From NCBI RefSeq assembly GCF_000179635.2, contig NC_014833.1, positions 1,890,001 to 1,922,000 of the forward strand: 32,000 bases of DNA, given 5' to 3'. The notes under the pieces are model-generated. The model was not told the origin of the DNA, made no database searches, and saw nothing but the letters and a program-made list of their open reading frames with translations. The position numbers and the translations under genes were made by a program. The stretch is from Ruminococcus albus 7 = DSM 20455 (GTDB taxonomy: Bacteria > Bacillota > Clostridia > Oscillospirales > Ruminococcaceae). This document shows positions 26,665-32,000 of this stretch, piece after piece (the first letter of the stretch is position 1; the number at the start of each line of letters is the position of its first letter).

Positions 26665-27525
26665 TTAAAGTACGATATCATGTGGTTCAAAGGCGGGAAT
26701 AGCACCGTCGCGAAGCAGTACGCTTTGTCCTTTGTAGATATCGTTGAAGATATTCGCGGGAGGTATGCAGTAAACATCCTTGCCTTGGGAAATTGCATGG
26801 CTGGCGGTGTTTATCGAACCGCTGTGTACTCCTGCTTGAACAACCAGCACAGCTTTTGAAAGTCCTGCTATCATGCGGTTTCGTATGGTGAAATACTCTC
26901 TGTCGGGTTTTTCCAAGGGTGGGTATTCAGAAATAACAGCCCCATTCTGAACTATGGAATTTTTCAGATCTCCGCTGTATCTGGGATAATCGTAGTCTAT
27001 TCCACAGCCCAGTACAGCTATGGTCTTTCCTTCGGCTTCGATTGCACCTGTGTGGGCGGCGGTGTCGATGCCGCGTGCAAATCCGCTGATAATTGTGTGT
27101 CCATCTCTCGCTTTGGTACGGGCAAAATACTTAGCAACGTCAATGGAATACGGAGTTGCTTCACGGGAGCCGACAATTGTAAGCGAGGTTCTCTCTTTAA
27201 GGAGCTTTTTGTCTCCTAGGCAATAAAGCGCCATGGGAGGACAATCCACTTCAAGGAGTTCATCGGGAAAATCCTCGTCATACCGTGTTATGATCTCGAT
27301 ACCCCTTTCTCCACAATAGCTTTGTATCTGCTCTGGCAGTGTGTAGTCAAAAGCTTTTGCCGCAGCTGAAAAGCTGTGCGGTATGTCCTTGTCGGTCTGG
27401 TTTTGAAGAGTATCCATAAGCTTAGCAGGATCATTATATTTCTGCATCAGAGAATCTATCCCAGCTTTGCCCGGTGTGTAGATGAGTGAAAGAGTAAACA
27501 GTGCTTGCTTATCGGTCATTGACAT
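26665..27525 (-). CDS. dprA: DNA processing protein DprA (Smf)
   Basis: 286 aa. GSREATPYS, SGFARGIDTAAH, AVLGCGIDYDYP, GAVISEYP, RNRMIAG and SGSINTA are the Rossmann-fold DprA motifs. GGGGTGA RBS. Confidence 0.9.
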   Translation of the reverse strand: MSMTDKQALFTLSLIYTPGKAGIDSLMQKYNDPAKLMDTLQNQTDKDIPHSFSAAAKAFDYTLPEQIQSYCGERGIEIITRYDEDFPDELLEVDCPPMALYCLGDKKLLKERTSLTIVGSREATPYSIDVAKYFARTKARDGHTIISGFARGIDTAAHTGAIEAEGKTIAVLGCGIDYDYPRYSGDLKNSIVQNGAVISEYPPLEKPDREYFTIRNRMIAGLSKAVLVVQAGVHSGSINTASHAISQGKDVYCIPPANIFNDIYKGQSVLLRDGAIPAFEPHDIVL

Positions 27526-27555
27526 ATTATCACCCCTTGTGTTTTGTTTTATTTT

Positions 27556-27584
27556 ATTGTATCATATCTTTTTGTTGATTTCAA
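27556..27584 (-). promoter_or_regulatory. Candidate dprA promoter
   Basis: Minus strand reads TTGAAA (complement of 27579-27584), 17-nt spacer, TACAAT (complement of 27556-27561). Confidence 0.5.
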
Positions 27585-27623
27585 CAGATTTTTTGATTTT
27601 TCTTGATAAGATGAAAGATGTCA

Positions 27624-27652
27624 TTGAAATCTTAAATAGATTATGGTATAAT
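27624..27652 (+). promoter_or_regulatory. Sigma-A type promoter for the GH2-like gene
   Basis: TTGAAA (27624-27629), 17-nt spacer, TATAAT (27647-27652). Confidence 0.6.
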
Positions 27653-27685
27653 ATATTTATATTACACGAGGAAGGGAGAGGTGAT

Positions 27686-30394
27686 ATGGTCGGAAAAATC
27701 GATTTAAAAGGGAACTGGCAGCTTGCGTTGGATCACGAATGTACAGGTGAAAATATTTTTTATAACGATAATATTTTCCTGCCTGATACAACCTCAAATG
27801 CCCGTAAGGGTAAAGTCAGCGATGATTGTCATACAGGTCATCTTACTGATACCTACAAATTTGAGGGCTATGCATGGTACAGACGAACTATAGATACTAA
27901 TGCTCTGAAATGTTCAGCACTGGAACTTTTTCTTGAACGCACCCGTATCACTGAGGTCTTTGTTGACGGAATCTCTCTTGGAGTCCAGGAAAGTTTCTGC
28001 GCACCTCATATTTATGATCTTACTGAATTTATAGGAACAGGTGAGCGTGAACTTGTGATCAGGGTCGCCAATGTTGGGTACAAGACCGGCGGCGGTCACA
28101 TGACTTCTCCTGATACTCAGACTAACTGGAACGGTATCCTTGGCAGGATCGAGCTGATAGGTTACGGTGCTGTTCATTGTAAAGATATTTCTATCACACC
28201 TGATATACATTCTGGAACTGTAAAAGTAACTGCTGAAGCAGTTGGCGCTGAAAGCGGTAAGGCAGTTATAACAGTTCTGAATTATCCTGACGGTTCTGAA
28301 GCCGGTGAGTCTTTTGAAGTCAGTTTTTCTGACGGCAGACTTACAGCTGAATACCCAATGGCTGAAAACTATAAGCTATGGAGCGAACATAACCCATATT
28401 TGTATGAGCTTGTTATTGATGTGGATGGAGATGTATCCCGACATATTTTCGGCATGAGAGAATTCAGAACTTCAGAAGGAAAGTTTATGGTTAACGGCAG
28501 GGAGACTTTCCTTCGCGGCAAACATGACGGTATGATATTTCCAAAGAACTCTTATGCGCCGTGTGATATTGACGAGTGGCTTCGGGTGATGATGATATCA
28601 CGCAGTTTCGGGATCAACCACTACCGTTTTCACACTTGCTGTCCGCCTGAGGCTGCTTTTATTGCAGCAGATATGCTCGGCATATATATGGAACCTCAGC
28701 TTCCTTTCTGGGGAACTGTCACAGCGCCTGATGAAGATGGCTATAATGCCTATGAGCAGGAATTCCTGATATCCGAAGGCTTTGCGATACTGAAGGCATT
28801 CGGTGATCATCCGTCTTTCTGTATGATGTCAATGGGTAATGAGCTCTGGGGCAGTAAGGAACGTATCAATGAAATCATCGGTATGTATAAAAAGCTTGAT
28901 AAAAGGCATTTGTATACTCAGGGTTCAAACAACTTTCAGTGGTTCCCTTGTGTTGTAGAAAACGATGATTTCTTTGTTGGGGTACGTCTGTCGAAGAACA
29001 GGCTGCTGCGAGGCTCTTATGCTATGTGTGATGCACCTTTGGGGCATATACAGATGCTTAAACCTTCAACTGTGCATTCCTATGATAGTATTATAAAAAT
29101 AGCGGGATCCGTTCATGAGGAAGATAATTCTGCGGGCGGTACAGTTCAGATACAGTTCGGTACAACGATGAAAACTGTAAGTGCATCTGAGTCTGACGAC
29201 GATTTTGTACCTGATATACCTATTGTTACTCATGAAATAGGGCAGTATGAAACTTATCCTGACTTTGATGAGATAGAAAAATATACAGGTTCGCTTAAAG
29301 CGCGGAATTTTGAGATATTCCGAGAGAGACTGAAGAATAAGGGGCTTTTACATCTGGCTAAGGATTATTTCTATTGTTCAGGTCAGCTTGCAAAGGCTTG
29401 CTATAAGGAAGAACTTGAATCTGTATTCCGTTCAAAGCTGCTTGCCGGGTTCCAGATACTGGATATCCAGGACTTTACAGGACAGGGAACTGCTCTTGTT
29501 GGTATGCTTGATGCATTCATGGATAATAAGGGTATCATCACCGCTGAAGAATGGCGTGAGTTCTGTAATGATGCGGTGATACTTGCTGTGTTTGAAAGCT
29601 ATACACCATTATCCGCTAGTGAATTTGTATTTGATATACGGCTTGTAAATTACAGACCTGTAAGCCTTTACGGTAAAAAAGTCATTTATAGGTTCGAGTG
29701 GGAAGATAAGTGCTGTACAGGCAGTGCAGTAATATCCGATGACAGCGTTTATACAGATATTTGCCGAAGTACAATAACCATGCCGTATGTTGATGAGATT
29801 ACATCAGCTGTGCTGACACTTGAAGTTGAAGGTACAGATATACGAAACCATTATGAGATCGAGATCATTCCTGATTTGAAAGAGGTGGGGCTTGAAGGAG
29901 TGCATATATTCCGTGAACTGGACAGTGAAGCTGAAAGACTTCTTGATGAAGGCAGGACGGTTCTTCTGTTCAATAAACCTGAAAACTATGTTGAAGGCTT
30001 CTATTGTCAGGATTTCTGGTGCTATCCTATGTTCAGCTCTATTTCAAGAATGATGGAAAAACCTGAGCCTGTAGGTACGATGGGACTTTTGAATGATGTA
30101 TCACATCCTGCACTAAAAGGTTTTGCGTGCAGGAAGTATTCAACTCCTTCATGGTGGGATATTGTTATGTCATCACGGTTCGAGATACTTGATGGCAAGG
30201 CTGAAGACAAGCGTGTGATAGTGCGTATGATAGACAACTTTGAGAGGAACCATGATCTGGCGATGTTGTATGAATACAACAAAAGCAGTGGCAAGGTAGT
30301 TGTATGTACAAGTGATCCTGATAAACTGATGAAGTCCAATGAAGGCAGGGTGTTTTTACGGTCAGTTGTTGATTATGTTCGCGGTGTTACATGA
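27686..30394 (+). CDS. Glycoside hydrolase, GH2-like (clan GH-A TIM barrel with N-terminal sugar-binding and Ig-like domains)
   Basis: About 902 aa from ATG 27686, with a GGGAGAGG RBS. NHYRFHTCCPPEAAF..ADMLGIYMEPQLPFWG and SMGNELWG resemble the GH2 catalytic barrel, including the NE acid/base motif. The track start at 27482 would overlap dprA and the promoter. Confidence 0.7.
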   Translation: MVGKIDLKGNWQLALDHECTGENIFYNDNIFLPDTTSNARKGKVSDDCHTGHLTDTYKFEGYAWYRRTIDTNALKCSALELFLERTRITEVFVDGISLGVQESFCAPHIYDLTEFIGTGERELVIRVANVGYKTGGGHMTSPDTQTNWNGILGRIELIGYGAVHCKDISITPDIHSGTVKVTAEAVGAESGKAVITVLNYPDGSEAGESFEVSFSDGRLTAEYPMAENYKLWSEHNPYLYELVIDVDGDVSRHIFGMREFRTSEGKFMVNGRETFLRGKHDGMIFPKNSYAPCDIDEWLRVMMISRSFGINHYRFHTCCPPEAAFIAADMLGIYMEPQLPFWGTVTAPDEDGYNAYEQEFLISEGFAILKAFGDHPSFCMMSMGNELWGSKERINEIIGMYKKLDKRHLYTQGSNNFQWFPCVVENDDFFVGVRLSKNRLLRGSYAMCDAPLGHIQMLKPSTVHSYDSIIKIAGSVHEEDNSAGGTVQIQFGTTMKTVSASESDDDFVPDIPIVTHEIGQYETYPDFDEIEKYTGSLKARNFEIFRERLKNKGLLHLAKDYFYCSGQLAKACYKEELESVFRSKLLAGFQILDIQDFTGQGTALVGMLDAFMDNKGIITAEEWREFCNDAVILAVFESYTPLSASEFVFDIRLVNYRPVSLYGKKVIYRFEWEDKCCTGSAVISDDSVYTDICRSTITMPYVDEITSAVLTLEVEGTDIRNHYEIEIIPDLKEVGLEGVHIFRELDSEAERLLDEGRTVLLFNKPENYVEGFYCQDFWCYPMFSSISRMMEKPEPVGTMGLLNDVSHPALKGFACRKYSTPSWWDIVMSSRFEILDGKAEDKRVIVRMIDNFERNHDLAMLYEYNKSSGKVVVCTSDPDKLMKSNEGRVFLRSVVDYVRGVT

Positions 30395-30408
30395 ATTTTG
30401 ACCTTTTG

Positions 30409-30434
30409 TACAAATTGTTGTGTTTCAATTTGTA
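30409..30434 (+). terminator. AT-rich hairpin after the GH2-like gene (weak terminator candidate)
   Basis: TACAAATTG (30409-30417) pairs with CAATTTGTA (30426-30434) around an 8-nt loop, followed by TTTAGT. Confidence 0.3.
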
Positions 30435-30471
30435 TTTAGTGATGAAAGTGTGACTTAGGTTCATTAAAATG

Positions 30472-30501
30472 TTGAAATTTGACAAAAAGATGTGCTATAA
30501 T
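30472..30501 (+). promoter_or_regulatory. Candidate promoter for ORF 30534
   Basis: TTGAAA (30472-30477), 18-nt spacer ending in TGC, TATAAT (30496-30501). Confidence 0.5.
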
Positions 30502-30533
30502 TGAATAAACAATTATGAAGGCGGTGCAGCTTT

Positions 30534-31517
30534 ATGTCAGATATCAACAGAATAAAGGTATATAAATATAAGAATATTGCAGCGGCTATGGCTGTCATGC
30601 TGTTGGCACTTGTGGCTCTGTCTACGTCCTGCAAGGTGGGAGATACTGATAAAAAGGCTAATAACATAGGAAACAGTACCGCTGACAGTTCAGCTGCTGA
30701 TGATACGGCAGTCGATACTGCTAACGGAAAACGTCTTACTAAAAATTATGTCTATAAAGAAGTGCAGAGTGTCGGTGAGGGTCTGCTTGTACAGGTTGAC
30801 AGCGATCATCCGTATATCGGCAAGATCGGAGAAACTGACACGCTCTATCGGTACCTGTTTACAGCTGACGGTGAACAGATCATGGCAGCGGGTCTGCCAA
30901 GTGATGAAGCAATGACAGAGATGCTCATAGCACTAAATTCATTGGCAGTAGATTTCAGGAACGCTACAGGACTTGATACACTCATGGTAACATCCCTGAT
31001 CCCTGATGATACTGCTGTTAAAAAGGATGAGGCATATATAGGGTCCTGTGCCGATCTTATGGTGAATGAAGACGGTGAATATAAGCCTTTCACCGGTATT
31101 AAGGATTATGCTTGGGTAACGAATAACTGTTATAGATACGGTTTTGTAATGCGCGGTGCAAGCAGACTAAGGTATATCGGAAAAGAGGCTGCTGCCTGCA
31201 TAAAGGATATGAGCCGGTCAGAAGGTGCAGCAGGACTTGAAAAACTGGAAACTGCAATAAAGGATTATACTTTTGAAGAACCGCTGTATTTCACTTCGGA
31301 TGACGGAGCAGAGTATGCAGGATATTTTGTTCCTTCCGGTGATGGCGCAACAACCAGTGTACCGGTGCCTGCAAAGGCAGATGACAGCGAGTATGGTAAT
31401 TTTATTTCGGGTAATAATGATGACGGCTATATAGTTTTTGTTTCTCTTTCGGAGGATACTTCCGTGAAGAAAAACGGGGACGGCAGTAATGATAGTTCTG
31501 CTGCAGCCGGTGGATAA
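30534..31517 (+). CDS. Putative lipoprotein with a degenerate VanY/peptidase M15B-like domain
   Basis: Signal peptide with lipobox-like LSTSC and a Ser/Ala/Asp-rich linker. LLVQVDSDHPY, YAWVTNNCYRYGFVMR and LRYIGKEAA echo D-Ala-D-Ala carboxypeptidase (VanY) motifs, but the expected SxHxxGxAxD His and the ExxH motif are not evident. Confidence 0.6.
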   Translation: MSDINRIKVYKYKNIAAAMAVMLLALVALSTSCKVGDTDKKANNIGNSTADSSAADDTAVDTANGKRLTKNYVYKEVQSVGEGLLVQVDSDHPYIGKIGETDTLYRYLFTADGEQIMAAGLPSDEAMTEMLIALNSLAVDFRNATGLDTLMVTSLIPDDTAVKKDEAYIGSCADLMVNEDGEYKPFTGIKDYAWVTNNCYRYGFVMRGASRLRYIGKEAAACIKDMSRSEGAAGLEKLETAIKDYTFEEPLYFTSDDGAEYAGYFVPSGDGATTSVPVPAKADDSEYGNFISGNNDDGYIVFVSLSEDTSVKKNGDGSNDSSAAAGG

Positions 31518-31530
31518 GGAGTAATTTTTT

Positions 31531-32000
31531 ATGATGAAGGAAACTATCGAACTTAGTTTTGATTTTGAAAAAGCCGGTATTGAGGATATCGGTGACAGAG
31601 CGACTCTTGAATGTTATTATAATACTTTCACAGAGCAACTCGGCAGAAAGCATCACCGTGCTATGGTGATATGTCCCGGTGGTGGGTATGATTTTTGTTC
31701 TGAAAGAGAATCAGAGCCGGTCGCGCTGAGATTTCTGGGACATGGTATCTGCTGTTTTGTTCTGAAATACACTTGTCAGAGAGCATTCCCTCAGAACGCA
31801 CTGGAATGTGCTGCGGCAGTGAAGTACGTAAGAGACAATGCGGAGAGATTTGATATTGATCCTGACAAGATAATAGTTATGGGATTTTCAGCAGGTGGTC
31901 ATCTGGCAGCAACTATGGCAAATCTTTGGAATGATGAGATACTAACAAAGCCACTTGGCTGTAAGCCAGAGGATATCAAGGTCAATGCTTCGATGCTTTG
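31531..32000 (+). CDS. Alpha/beta hydrolase (esterase/lipase family), N-terminal fragment running off the window
   Basis: Hand translation from ATG 31531 stays open to base 32000. AAGGAG lies 9 nt upstream. HGGG-like motif CPGGGY and nucleophile elbow GFSAGGHL. Confidence 0.75.
   Translation, partial: MMKETIELSFDFEKAGIEDIGDRATLECYYNTFTEQLGRKHHRAMVICPGGGYDFCSERESEPVALRFLGHGICCFVLKYTCQRAFPQNALECAAAVKYVRDNAERFDIDPDKIIVMGFSAGGHLAATMANLWNDEILTKPLGCKPEDIKVNASML

Noticed and set aside
27482-27685. N-terminal extensions suggested by the ORF track for the GH2-like gene. The same applies to rplI (10233), ymdB (15475), tsf (25126), the ACT gene (19516), ylmC (23797) and rnj (6300).
   Set aside because: The extensions overlap upstream genes, promoters or terminators and lack RBSs. 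Internal ATGs with well-spaced GGAGG-type RBSs give canonical protein N-termini.
1-32000. A scan of the whole window for tRNA, rRNA, CRISPR arrays, transposases, integrases, phage genes or known defence or toxin-antitoxin modules.
   Set aside because: I saw no regularly spaced direct repeats, no cloverleaf-like T-loop (GGTTCGAATCC-type) sequences in intergenic regions, no rRNA signatures, and no ORF with recombinase, nuclease or defence motifs. The window reads as core genome.

Overview
This window looks like ordinary core chromosome from a mid-GC Firmicute of class Clostridia. Sampled coding rows run about 43-48% GC, and sigG, spoVS and ylmC/ymxH are present. A Ruminococcus/Oscillospiraceae-like origin is only a guess.

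It is densely packed with recognisable housekeeping genes:
- a partial surface protein
- a membrane metallophosphoesterase
- pcrA
- a contiguous rnj-gdpP-rplI-dnaB-tilS block, then ftsH
- ymdB-spoVS
- ackA divergent from tmcAL (ylbM)
- an ACT/UPF0237 + UPF0210 pair
- a sugar-phosphate isomerase-like TIM-barrel gene plus a PHP phosphatase
- sigG divergent from ylmC
- rpsB-tsf
- dprA
- a GH2-like glycosidase
- a VanY/M15B-like lipoprotein
- a partial alpha/beta hydrolase

Many intergenic regions carry near-consensus TTGACA-17-TATAAT promoters and clear rho-independent terminators.

I found no rRNA, tRNA, CRISPR array, transposase, integrase or recognisable defence or toxin system. I cannot honestly claim a novel multi-gene system here.

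The features that depart most from the ordinary are:
1. Two AT-rich islets (about 5100-6040 and 26159-26626) encoding orphan proteins. One creates an abrupt composition break inside a 444-aa ORF.
2. A roughly 270-nt structured leader before RNase J, with a 22-codon uORF whose stop overlaps the rnj ATG.
3. Fully overlapping divergent promoters between ackA and the acetate-using tRNA acetylase gene tmcAL.
4. A structured rpsB leader.
5. A VanY-like lipoprotein that appears to have lost its zinc and catalytic residues.

All functional calls rest on motif and sequence recall, not on database searches.
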